From contig OZ244852.1 in assembly GCA_965220965.1 (NCBI GenBank), positions 1,312,001 to 1,376,000 of the forward strand: DNA of 64,000 bases, in the 5' to 3' direction. The stretch is from Candidatus Marinacidobacterium sp. GTDB lineage: Bacteria > Acidobacteriota > Vicinamibacteria > Marinacidobacterales > Marinacidobacteraceae. Position 1 is the stretch's first letter; every line of letters begins with the position of its first letter. Shown piece by piece: positions 49,780 through 58,816 of this stretch. A program made the translations under genes and the position numbers. The notes under the pieces are model-generated. The model worked only from the letters and a program-made list of their open reading frames with translations, was not told the DNA's origin and ran no database searches.

Positions 49780-50808
49780 TCAGTGTTGCAGGTTGTTGAT
49801 CACTCGAAACACGCCGGGGGTGGAGCGCGCGATGGACTCGAGGATCCGGGCCTCGAGGGCGCTCCGGACGAAGCCGGTCAGCGCCACGACCCCGCGCGAG
49901 ACGATGATGTGGATCGGCGGGTTCACCTGGTTCGCCCGGTCCGAGAAGCGGGGGTCCCGGTAGATCCGGAAGTAGAGCGCACGGCGCAGATCCTGGTCGT
50001 TGGGCGAGAGCGGCAGGACCTCGATCCGGTTGTCAACGGCGCGGACACCGAAGACCTTCGACACCCGGTTTCCGATCTCGGTCTTCTTGAAGGGCTCGGT
50101 CACCGCCCCGAAGAGCACCACGTCCCGCTCCCCCTCGAGCCCGAAGTTGATGTCGTCGAACACCGTGTAGTAGGAGTAGCGGAGCACCGCGCGCCGGACG
50201 CCCTCGATGAGGTCCTCCTGGCTTTCCGGCTCGGCGACTTCGATGTCCGGGTCCACCGCGACGACGCCCTCGACCCCGCGGGCGCTCTCCATGACCTCCC
50301 CCCACTCCCAGGCGTTCGCCACCTGACCGGTGAGGCGCACCACGCCGGCCTCCACGACGACCTGAGGGGGATTCGCCTCCAGATCGACGTCCCCGAGCGC
50401 GGCTTCGACCTCGGCGCGCACCGCGTCATCCGGCCGCGTGGGGGCGGCGGCCGAGACCGGCCCGGCGGGCGGGTCGCCTTCACCCGCGCCTTGGGAGGCT
50501 CCTTCCGCCTCGGCGTCCCCCTCCTCGTCTTCCGGGTCCGGCTCGAGCACGGTGATGTCCGTCTCGACGGCGACCACTCCCTCCTGGAAGAGCGCGATCT
50601 CGACGACCCGCGCCTCGGTGGCGGAATCCAGCACCTCCCCGGTGAGGATCGCGACCCCGTCGCGGACCTCGACCTCGAAGAGGCCGATGGGAAGGTTGGC
50701 CTCCTCGAGCGCCGCCACGATCTCCTGGGTCAGCGCCGTGTCGGATCGCGGCTGGGACGCCAGCGGGGCCGCGATCAGGACCGCGGAAAGGACCATGAGG
50801 ATGCGCAT
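49780..50808 (-). CDS. BON domain protein (four BON domains), secreted
   Basis: Signal peptide and four V.V..GVV.LTG.V...GV..V.N.I units. Confidence 0.88.
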   Translation of the reverse strand: MRILMVLSAVLIAAPLASQPRSDTALTQEIVAALEEANLPIGLFEVEVRDGVAILTGEVLDSATEARVVEIALFQEGVVAVETDITVLEPDPEDEEGDAEAEGASQGAGEGDPPAGPVSAAAPTRPDDAVRAEVEAALGDVDLEANPPQVVVEAGVVRLTGQVANAWEWGEVMESARGVEGVVAVDPDIEVAEPESQEDLIEGVRRAVLRYSYYTVFDDINFGLEGERDVVLFGAVTEPFKKTEIGNRVSKVFGVRAVDNRIEVLPLSPNDQDLRRALYFRIYRDPRFSDRANQVNPPIHIIVSRGVVALTGFVRSALEARILESIARSTPGVFRVINNLQH

Positions 50809-50890
50809 GAGGTTCAACCGCCCATTGTTTCGTCTGTCCCGGAGATTGCAACCGCCATGCCGAGCAGTCCGCTGGTAATCTCAGGGCTCC

Positions 50891-51382
50891 GTGAGCGACC
50901 GCCCGCGCCGGTTCTGGCTGATGAAGAGCGAGCCGTCCGACTACAGCCTCGATGACCTCGAGCGCGACGGCCGGACCCACTGGGACGGCGTCCGCAACTT
51001 CAAGGCCCGCAACCTGATGAAGTCGATGGAGGTCGGCGACGGCGTCCTCTTCTACCATTCGAACGCGAAACCCCCGGGGATCGCGGGCGTGGCGCGCGTC
51101 TGCCGGACCGCCTATCCGGACTTCACCCAGTACGATTCGGATTCGAAGTACTTCGATCCCAGGGCCACGACGGAGAAGCCGTGGTGGTACATGGTCGACA
51201 TCGAGTTCGTCTCCCGCTTTCCCCGCGAGATCCCGCTCCCGCTGCTGCGGACGCTCCCCGAAATCGCCGGTATGGCGCTGCTGAAGCGGGGCCAGCGGCT
51301 CTCGGTCCAGCCGGTCTCCGACGAAGAGTGGGAGTTCCTCGTCGACCTCGGGGCCAACCCGCCCGGGGAGTCGCCGTCCTGA
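50891..51382 (+). CDS. EVE domain protein (THYN1-like)
   Basis: WLMKSEP, WDGVRNFKARN, GDGVLFYHS, RLSVQPV..EEW. Confidence 0.93.
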   Translation: MSDRPRRFWLMKSEPSDYSLDDLERDGRTHWDGVRNFKARNLMKSMEVGDGVLFYHSNAKPPGIAGVARVCRTAYPDFTQYDSDSKYFDPRATTEKPWWYMVDIEFVSRFPREIPLPLLRTLPEIAGMALLKRGQRLSVQPVSDEEWEFLVDLGANPPGESPS

Positions 51383-51444
51383 CCCGCCGAGGCCTCGCCC
51401 CGGTGGGCTCCACCTTCCCGCTATCGGCGACCCGGAGGTTCCTG

Positions 51445-52749
51445 ATGCGTCCACAAGCTGCTTTGCTCGTTATCGTCCTGAGCGCCTTCGCTATTCCGGC
51501 GGCGTCCCAGGAGTTGGGAACCTGGGACGAGAGGATCCAGGCGGCCGTCGCCGAACACGAGGCGGCCACCGTCGCCTTCCGCCAGGATGTCCATCAGTTC
51601 CCCGAGCTTGGCAACCGCGAGTTCGAGACCGCCCGGAAGGTCGCGGAGCACCTGCGGGCGCTCGGGTTCGACGAGGTCCGCGAGAAGGTGGCGCACACCG
51701 GCGTCATCGGAGTCCTCCGCGGCGGCCGTCCGGGCCCGGTGGTCGCGGTGCGGGCCGACATGGACGCCCTGCCGGTGACCGAGGACACCGACCTCCCGTT
51801 CGCATCGACGGTGCGAACGGTCTACAACGGGCAGGAAGTCGGCGTCATGCACGCCTGCGGTCACGACATCCACACCGCGGTGCAGTACGGCGTGGCCTCG
51901 GTGCTCGCCGGGATGCGCGAGGACCTGCCGGGGACCGTGCTGTTCATCTTCCAGCCCGCCGAAGAGGGGCCGCCGCCCGGCGAGGAGGGGGGCGCCCGCC
52001 TGATGCTGGAGGAGGGGGCCTTCGACGATCCCCGTCCCCAGGCGGTCTTCGGTCTCCATGCGCTGTCGGGCCTGCCGCTCGGCGTGATCGGTTTCACTTC
52101 AGGGCCGGCGCTCGCCGCGGTGGATCACTTCCGCGCCGAAATCACCGGCGTCCAGACCCACGGCGCCCAGCCGCAGGCGGGCGTGGACCCGGTCGTGATG
52201 GCGGCGCAGGCGATTCTGGGGATCCAGACGATCGCGTCCCGCAACGTCCATCCGCTGGACCCGGTGGTCGTCACCGTCGGGATGGTCCACGGCGGACAGC
52301 GCTTCAACATCATCCCGGAAACGGTGGCGATCGAAGGGACGGTCCGCAGCTACGACCCCGAAGTGCGCGATCTGGTGGAGCGACGCATGGGCGAGGTTCT
52401 GGACGGGATCACCGGTTCGGGCGGCGGGTCCTACTCGCTGCATTACGACCGCGGGTATCCGGCGACGATCAACGACGACGAGCTGACCGCGGAGAGCGTT
52501 CTCACGGTGCGACAGATCGTGGGAGCGGAGAACACCCGGGAACTCGATCCCACGATGGGTGGAGAGGACTTCTCCTACTTCGCGAACGAAGTGCCCGGCT
52601 TCTTCTACCGGCTGGGCGTCCACCGCGAGGGCACGCAGACCGGTCCGCACCACTCGCCGTTCTTCCGGGCGGACGACGCCTCGGTGGCCATCGGGATGCG
52701 CGTCATGTCGAACCTGCTGGTGGACTACCTGCTGCGGAACTCCGACTGA
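51445..52749 (+). CDS. M20D family amidohydrolase, secreted
   Basis: HQFPELGNRE, RADMDALP, MHACGHD.H, FQPAEEG, GGEDF, HHSP. Signal peptide. Confidence 0.92.
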   Translation: MRPQAALLVIVLSAFAIPAASQELGTWDERIQAAVAEHEAATVAFRQDVHQFPELGNREFETARKVAEHLRALGFDEVREKVAHTGVIGVLRGGRPGPVVAVRADMDALPVTEDTDLPFASTVRTVYNGQEVGVMHACGHDIHTAVQYGVASVLAGMREDLPGTVLFIFQPAEEGPPPGEEGGARLMLEEGAFDDPRPQAVFGLHALSGLPLGVIGFTSGPALAAVDHFRAEITGVQTHGAQPQAGVDPVVMAAQAILGIQTIASRNVHPLDPVVVTVGMVHGGQRFNIIPETVAIEGTVRSYDPEVRDLVERRMGEVLDGITGSGGGSYSLHYDRGYPATINDDELTAESVLTVRQIVGAENTRELDPTMGGEDFSYFANEVPGFFYRLGVHREGTQTGPHHSPFFRADDASVAIGMRVMSNLLVDYLLRNSD

Positions 52750-54325
52750 GCGGACCGGACTCCCCCGCGCCGACGGACTCTCCGACGACCCGGACCCTCA
52801 CGCGTCGGGCGCCCCCCGGGAGATAGGCGAGCGGGAGATCCTCCCGCTCGACCGTCTCGAGGCGGGCCGGGTCGGCGCCGGCGCGGATCGCCCGGTCGCG
52901 GGCCTCCGACTCCGCCGAATCGAAGGCCTCGTCGCGGGAAATCCCGTGGAAGACCCGGTCCACCTCGCCCCCCACCCGCGCGATCGCGGCCCCGACAGCG
53001 TTCGCCACACCGGCGTGGGGCGTCGTGACCACCCGGGAGACGCCCTCGAGCCGGTCGGGGGCGAGGAACGCGCCGCCGCCCACCACGAGCAGCGGACAGG
53101 CGCGGGCGTCGGGCTTCATCCGGTCCACCGCTTCGGCGATGCTCGCGCGGACCGTCCGGGTAAAGCGCCGGACGGCGTCTGACGGCAGGTCGCGGACGCG
53201 CGCCGGGTCGCCGATCTTCGCCCACCCGGCGGCGACGCCCATGTCGGTTGCGGTCCGGGTGGTCCCGCCGAAGACGAGCCCCTCACGGGCGAGCCGATAG
53301 CCGACGCTCTCGGGGCCCACGATCGAGCCGTCATCGGATACGCGGCTTCCGCCGCCGAGCGCGAGCGAGAGCAGGTCAGGCATGCGGAACAGCGTGCGGA
53401 CTCCCCCGATCTCGACCTCGCGGGGGGCCTCCCGGGGGAACCCGGCGCGCAGCGCGCCGATGTCCGTCGTCGTCCCGCCCACGTCCATCACCACGCCGTC
53501 GCGGGCGCCGGAGAGAAACGCCGCGCCGGTCATGCTGTTCGTCGGGCCGGAGGAGAGGCTCAGCACCGGAAACCGGGCGGCGTCCCGGACCCGGGCGATC
53601 GCGCCATCGTTTTGGGAGATGAACACCGGCGCCCGGCTCCCGGCGGTCGCCACCGCTTCCCCGAAGGCGAGCGCCACCCGCTTCGCCAGCGGCCGAAGCG
53701 CGGCGTTCAGCAGGCCGGCGTTCTCGCGTCCGAGCAGGCCGATCCGGCCGAGGTGGCGGGACTCGGTGATGCGGGCCCTCGGATGGACTTCGCGGAGGAT
53801 CCGGGAGGCGCGGGCCTCGCAGCCGCCGTCGAGAGGGGAAAACACCGCGCTGACCGCGATCTCGCGGAGGCCGGCGTCCCGGATCTTCGCGCCGGCTTCG
53901 GCCACCGCCGCCTCGTCGAGCGGGACGATGGGTCGTCCGTCGCACTCGTGGCCCCCGGCGACGGCGAACACCGGGCCGCGGACGACCTCGGCGCGGGCGT
54001 CCGGCCAGTCGCAGAAAGGCGGGAGCGAGGCGCTCGCCGGAAGGCCGATCCGGACGGCGGCGACGCGCGCCAGGCCGGCCCCGGTGAGGACCGCGTTCGT
54101 GAAGTGGGTCGTGCCGATCACGACCCGCGCGACCGCCCCCGGGTCATCGCCGAGGACGGCGCGCAGGGCGGTGGCCACGCCGGTCGTGACGTCGTCGGTC
54201 GTCGGCGTCTTGATTTCCTGGAGCACGCTCGCGCCGCGCATGAGGACGGCGTCGGTGTGGGTGCCCCCCACGTCCACGCCGACGAGGAGCGGGGCCGCGG
54301 AATCGACCGGCGCGGAGGTGTTCAT
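52703..54325 (-). CDS. Hydantoinase/oxoprolinase family subunit A-like (ATP-binding)
   Basis: GVDVGGTHTDAV, KTPTT.DVT.G, GTTHFTNA, SGPTNSM.GAAFL, DVGGTTTD, ANAVGAA. ATGA overlap with DUF917. Confidence 0.9.
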   Translation of the reverse strand: MNTSAPVDSAAPLLVGVDVGGTHTDAVLMRGASVLQEIKTPTTDDVTTGVATALRAVLGDDPGAVARVVIGTTHFTNAVLTGAGLARVAAVRIGLPASASLPPFCDWPDARAEVVRGPVFAVAGGHECDGRPIVPLDEAAVAEAGAKIRDAGLREIAVSAVFSPLDGGCEARASRILREVHPRARITESRHLGRIGLLGRENAGLLNAALRPLAKRVALAFGEAVATAGSRAPVFISQNDGAIARVRDAARFPVLSLSSGPTNSMTGAAFLSGARDGVVMDVGGTTTDIGALRAGFPREAPREVEIGGVRTLFRMPDLLSLALGGGSRVSDDGSIVGPESVGYRLAREGLVFGGTTRTATDMGVAAGWAKIGDPARVRDLPSDAVRRFTRTVRASIAEAVDRMKPDARACPLLVVGGGAFLAPDRLEGVSRVVTTPHAGVANAVGAAIARVGGEVDRVFHGISRDEAFDSAESEARDRAIRAGADPARLETVEREDLPLAYLPGGARRVRVRVVGESVGAGESGPLSRSSAAGSPPAGST

Positions 54326-55416
54326 CGGGTCGGGAAGAGCGGGGCGAAATCGAGATCGAACCCGAACGCGCGGGGGCCCACCAGCTCGAGGCCGGCCGGG
54401 GTCTTGAGCGCCGCCGGGCAGTCGAGCGCGATGACCCGGACCCGCTGGCCGTAGGCGATGACCTCGGTCCCGAGCGCCTCGCCGGTGCTCGAGTCCACGA
54501 CGCAGAGGATCTCCGGCGTCATCCCGACGGGCGCTCCGTCCCGGAAGGCGACGGCGAACTCGTTCTGGAAGTGGAGTTCCAGAACGGCGCCCCTGTCCGC
54601 GTCGAGTCCGGCGACTTCGGCCTTCCCCCGCAGAAATCCCCGGGTGGTGCGGCGTTCGATGTCGCGCACCTTCCCGGTGAACAGCGAGAGCCCGCCCTCG
54701 GCGGCGAGCACCGCCTCCACCCGGTCCTCCCCGCGGCGGCGCGCCTCGCGGAGGACGGCGCCGATGCGCAGCGCCCGGGTCACCGACCCGTGGACTGCGT
54801 GGTCCGCGATCTCGCGGCCGGTGCGGGGGGCCTTCGCGGTGGCGGCGATCGAGCCGACCTCGGTCACCGCCACCCGTCCGAGCCGCTCCTGCCATCGCCA
54901 GCTCGCGGCGCGCTCGACGACCACCACGTTATCCCGGACATCGGCGAGGCAGAACGGGTAGTTCCGGAGGCCGGCGATGGCGAACGTCGTCATCTGCGCC
55001 TCGGGGAACGCGCGGCCCATGCAGTCGGCGTCCACTACCGGAAGACCGGTGCGGGAGGCGACGAGGAACGGCTGGAGCGCGTTCGAGCCGCCGATCTCGA
55101 GCGACATGACGGCGGCGAAGTCGCGCCCGAGCCGCTCGGCGAGGATCCGGACCGGTCGCGCCGCGACGTCCGGGTCGGGCAGGCGCTCCTCCCCCACCAG
55201 GGGCGCCCCCATCGTGGAGACGACCGCCACGAAGTCGTCGTCGGCAAGGGCCTCCACCGGAAGGACCCGCGGCCGGAACCCCGACCGCATCGCGGCCCGC
55301 AGATTCAGAAGCGAGTGGTAGGGGTTACCGCCGCCCCCGGCCCCCAGGATCCAGGCGCCGGCGGCGAGGTCCTCGATGTCGACGGGGCCCAGCTCCCGTC
55401 CGGGTCCTGCGGTCAC
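54322..55416 (-). CDS. DUF917 family protein
   Basis: GAWILGAGGGG, MGAP.V..E, EIGGSN, VDADCMGRAFPE.QM, GKVRDIERR, FQNE, VGPRAFG. Confidence 0.88.
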   Translation of the reverse strand: MTAGPGRELGPVDIEDLAAGAWILGAGGGGNPYHSLLNLRAAMRSGFRPRVLPVEALADDDFVAVVSTMGAPLVGEERLPDPDVAARPVRILAERLGRDFAAVMSLEIGGSNALQPFLVASRTGLPVVDADCMGRAFPEAQMTTFAIAGLRNYPFCLADVRDNVVVVERAASWRWQERLGRVAVTEVGSIAATAKAPRTGREIADHAVHGSVTRALRIGAVLREARRRGEDRVEAVLAAEGGLSLFTGKVRDIERRTTRGFLRGKAEVAGLDADRGAVLELHFQNEFAVAFRDGAPVGMTPEILCVVDSSTGEALGTEVIAYGQRVRVIALDCPAALKTPAGLELVGPRAFGFDLDFAPLFPTR

Positions 55417-55450
55417 CGGGTGGGCATCCTGGGCGGAGGGGGCGCGATGC

Positions 55451-57037
55451 TCAACGACCGTTCAGGAAGCGGGTCGCCACCCCCGCGCCAAAGCTCGTCA
55501 GCGCGCTCCCGGCGATGAGCCCCCCGGCGATGATGTAGCGCGGGCCGTCCCAGCGGGCGCCGACGCGGCGCGCCATCACCCACCGCGCGGCGAGCGCGGC
55601 CAGCGCGGTCCAGCCGGCCACCGGATTCAGGATGAGCAGGCCGGTCGCGAACAGCACGCCGAGTTGGCGCGCCGGGCCTCCGACCGCCTGGAGCAGCGCT
55701 CCCGGGATGGCCCACAGCGCGAGTCGGGAGGCGAGTTCAGGATCCGCGCCGGCGGTGACGGTCGCCGCGACGACCCGGGCATAGGGAGGGAAGAGGTCCC
55801 CTTCGAAGTAGGTCGCGCAGGTGAGCAGCACGAGTCCGGCCCCGACGAGCAGACCGAAGACCTCGGCCATCCGCTGGGCCCGCCGCCCGGCGAGTTCGTA
55901 CTCCGGATCGCGCCCTTCCCCGCGCAGGATCCAGCCGGCCTTCAGGTCGTAGCCCATGTCGGCGAACGCCGGCCCGGTGGAGGAAGCGAAGCCGGCGAGC
56001 AGCACGAGCGCCAGCGGCGGGAATCCCAGAACCATCCCGAGCAGCAGGAACACCAGCGAGGTCGCGAACGCCGGGAACCATCCCGAGTGCATGGCCGAGA
56101 CTCCGACGAGGAGCTCGGACACGAGCGCCGCCACCGCAGCGAACGCCGCGAAGCCCGCGGCGCCGGCGAGCCCCATCCCGGTCGCCAGCCCGGTGAGCGC
56201 CGCGAGCAGCGCCGCCGCGCCGGCGAAGGCGGAGAACCCGAAACCGAAGACGGGGAGGCCGGGGGCGGGGAGCGCTTCACCGGCTGAACCCGGAGACCTC
56301 CGTTCCCGGACCCCCCGCACCATGGTCCACAGCGCCACCGCCCCGGCCCCGATCATCACGCCGTGCGGCGCATGGATCGCCGCCAGATCGAGGTCCGCCA
56401 CCACCGGGGCGTAGCCGCGCACCAGCAGCCCCAGCCCGAACATGAGGAGCGCCGCCTGGTTCCCGATCCAGCAGACGCCCACGATGTCGGTCGGCAACCC
56501 GAGGAGCCGGCCGGCCGCCCCCGCGGCGCCGCCGGCGAGGAGCAGCCGCGCGCGCCGCCCGCCCTCGTCTCCGGCGCGCAGGCACTCCGCGGTGGCGATC
56601 CCGCTCGGCCACAGCCCCTCGGCGGGAAAGGGTCGCGTCCCGAAGACGCGGTAGAGCATCGCGATGTCGAACAGCGCGCCGAGCACGGCCCCCAGGACCA
56701 TCGCCGGGACGAGGTCCGGCCTTCCGAAGAGCCACACCATCGAGGCGGGCAACAGCACCGCGTTCGCCCCGCCGAAGGCGGCCGCCGAGATGACCGTCTG
56801 GAGCAGGTTCTGCCGCGCGGTGCTGCGCAGGCGGCGGGTCCAGACGAGCGGAATCCGGCCGGCGGCGATTGCGATGACCGCCCCGATGATCGAGCTGTTG
56901 GGAGTGATGCCGACGCGGGTCAGGAGCTCCATCCCGACGACTGCGCCGAGGAGCGCCAGCCCCGCCGCGAAGACGAGGGTGACGGGTTCGAAGAGGCTTG
57001 GATGCCGGCGGGAGTCGGCGCTTGTCTCCGGAGACAC
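55451..57037 (-). CDS. OPT-superfamily oligopeptide transporter
   Basis: Multi-TM, TPNSSIIGA, RQNLLQT.IS.A.FG, WPSGIATAE, AMHSGWFPAFA, TGPAFADMGYDLKAG. Confidence 0.85.
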   Translation of the reverse strand: MSPETSADSRRHPSLFEPVTLVFAAGLALLGAVVGMELLTRVGITPNSSIIGAVIAIAAGRIPLVWTRRLRSTARQNLLQTVISAAAFGGANAVLLPASMVWLFGRPDLVPAMVLGAVLGALFDIAMLYRVFGTRPFPAEGLWPSGIATAECLRAGDEGGRRARLLLAGGAAGAAGRLLGLPTDIVGVCWIGNQAALLMFGLGLLVRGYAPVVADLDLAAIHAPHGVMIGAGAVALWTMVRGVRERRSPGSAGEALPAPGLPVFGFGFSAFAGAAALLAALTGLATGMGLAGAAGFAAFAAVAALVSELLVGVSAMHSGWFPAFATSLVFLLLGMVLGFPPLALVLLAGFASSTGPAFADMGYDLKAGWILRGEGRDPEYELAGRRAQRMAEVFGLLVGAGLVLLTCATYFEGDLFPPYARVVAATVTAGADPELASRLALWAIPGALLQAVGGPARQLGVLFATGLLILNPVAGWTALAALAARWVMARRVGARWDGPRYIIAGGLIAGSALTSFGAGVATRFLNGR

Positions 57038-57055
57038 GAGGCGCCGCCGCCAGCG

Positions 57056-57787
57056 TCAGGCGGACGGCCTGTCGAACCCGCCCGTCGCGGCGAGCGGATC
57101 CTCGCGGCCGCCCTCGCAGAGCGCGTGGATGCGCCGGGCCAGTTCCCGGGCGAGCTCCTCGCGGGCGAGAACGACCGGCTTGCCGGTGGCGCCCTCCACT
57201 TCCCGCGCCAGGGCGCCGGTGTAGCCGAGGCAGTTCAGGCCGATCACGTCCGCGTCCCGGAAGGCGTCCGCAACCTCCATTACGCCATGGACTTCCGCGT
57301 AGGGCGAGAACGACGCGACGACGACCGGGGCGCCGGCTGGAACCCTCCGGCGGGCGTCGTCTTCCTGGCGGGGCTCGGGGATCAGCATGCCGACCGTGGC
57401 GCCCGCCGGGCAGGCGGCGGCGAGCGCGGCGTCGAACGCCGCTCCGGCCTTCACCAGCCAGGGACGTTCGCGCACGCCGGTGAACGGGCCGGTGCAGAGG
57501 ATGGCGGCCAGGGCTCCGGCCGGAACCTCGTCGACCAGGGCCTTAATGCGTTCCTCGAGGAATCCCTCCCCGAGGATGACCTCCTCGCCGGAGGTCAGGC
57601 GGGACACGAGCGGCATCTCCCCGTTCCGCGGCCCCCCGGCCGCGACCTCCGCGCGGGACAGACCGTCGAGCGCGCCCCGCTCCACCGGGACGACCGCCTC
57701 GGCGGCGCTCCCGAGAAAACCGAGCACCTCCGGCGTGACGTCGGGTCGGGGCGCCTCCCCGATGGTCAGGAAGTGGACAGGCCGCAT
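57056..57787 (-). CDS. AroM family protein
   Basis: LTIGEAPRPD, GALDGL, LVSRL.SG, ILCTGPF, SPY, LNCLGY. Confidence 0.85.
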   Translation of the reverse strand: MRPVHFLTIGEAPRPDVTPEVLGFLGSAAEAVVPVERGALDGLSRAEVAAGGPRNGEMPLVSRLTSGEEVILGEGFLEERIKALVDEVPAGALAAILCTGPFTGVRERPWLVKAGAAFDAALAAACPAGATVGMLIPEPRQEDDARRRVPAGAPVVVASFSPYAEVHGVMEVADAFRDADVIGLNCLGYTGALAREVEGATGKPVVLAREELARELARRIHALCEGGREDPLAATGGFDRPSA

Positions 57788-57847
57788 GAGATGGTCAGCG
57801 TACCCGGTCGGGGATGGGATCCGGCCGCCCGCTCCCTACCGATCACC

Positions 57848-58759
57848 TCACGGGTCCGTGATGCGGGTATAGGCCTCCGGACGGCGGTGGCGGCCGAAGT
57901 CGAAGACGTGGCGCCGGTGGTCCGCCCCCAGATCGAGGTCGCAGTCGTGGATGATCAGCTCGTCACCTTCGGTCGAGGCCTCGGCCACGATGTCTCCGGT
58001 CGGCGAGACGATCGCGGAGCCGGCGATGAGCCGGTTGCCGTCCTCCTCGCCGCACTTGGCGGCGGCCACCACCCAGGTGGCGTTCTGGTAGGCGCCCGCC
58101 TGGAGCGACAGGCGGTGGTGGAACATGCGGAGGTGGGCCGGCTCCCGGTGGTGGATGTTGAACTCCGGGGTGTTGTAGCCGAGCGCGACGAGCTCCACGC
58201 CCTGAAGTCCGAGCACCCGCCAGGTCTCCGGCCAGCGGCGGTCGTTGCAGATGCACATGCCGACGACGCCCGAGAACGCCCGCCACACCGGGAAGCCCAG
58301 GTTCCCGACCTCGAAGTAGCGCTTTTCGAGATGCTGGAAGGGAGCGTTCGGCAGGTGCTCCTCGTGTCCCGGGAGATGGATCTTGCGGTACCGGCCCACG
58401 ATTTCGCCCGAGGGGCCGACGAGGATCGCGGTGTTGAACCGCCGCTGGCGGCCCTCCTCCTCGACGAGTTCGGCATAGCCGAGATGGAAGCCGACCCCGT
58501 GGCGCGCCGCGGCCTCGAACAGCGGGCGGGTCTCCGGTCCCGGCATGGAGGTCTCGAAGAACGGGTCCGTCGCCGCGATATCCGGATAGAAGACCCGGGG
58601 GAAGAAGGTGGTGAGCGTGAGCTCGGGAAACACGACGAACCCGCAGCCGGCGGCGGCGGCCCGCTCGAAGAGCGCCAGGAGGCGCTCCACGACCTCTTCA
58701 CGCCGCTCGGCGGCCTGGATCCCGCCAACCTGCGCGGCGGCCACCCGAAGTACTCGCAT
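57848..58759 (-). CDS. N-carbamoyl-D-amino acid hydrolase (D-carbamoylase, nitrilase superfamily)
   Basis: VVFPELTLTTFFPR (Glu), YRKIHLPGH (Lys), QHLEKRYF, CICNDRRWPE (Cys), GYNTP, HRRPEAY. 303 aa. Confidence 0.92.
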   Translation of the reverse strand: MRVLRVAAAQVGGIQAAERREEVVERLLALFERAAAAGCGFVVFPELTLTTFFPRVFYPDIAATDPFFETSMPGPETRPLFEAAARHGVGFHLGYAELVEEEGRQRRFNTAILVGPSGEIVGRYRKIHLPGHEEHLPNAPFQHLEKRYFEVGNLGFPVWRAFSGVVGMCICNDRRWPETWRVLGLQGVELVALGYNTPEFNIHHREPAHLRMFHHRLSLQAGAYQNATWVVAAAKCGEEDGNRLIAGSAIVSPTGDIVAEASTEGDELIIHDCDLDLGADHRRHVFDFGRHRRPEAYTRITDP

Positions 58760-58816
58760 CGGCGAAATGCTAAGCGGTCCTCGGTCGAACGGCGTCGTCG
58801 CCACATAATCGCGGGG

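Noticed and set aside
50891-51382. EVE domain as part of a modification-dependent restriction system
   Set aside because: It is a stand-alone THYN1-like EVE protein with no fused or adjacent nuclease.
56363-58816. 1384-aa ORF as a giant sulfatase fusion
   Set aside because: The N-terminal about 820 aa is the antisense shadow of the OPT, AroM and carbamoylase genes. The real sulfatase starts at 58817.
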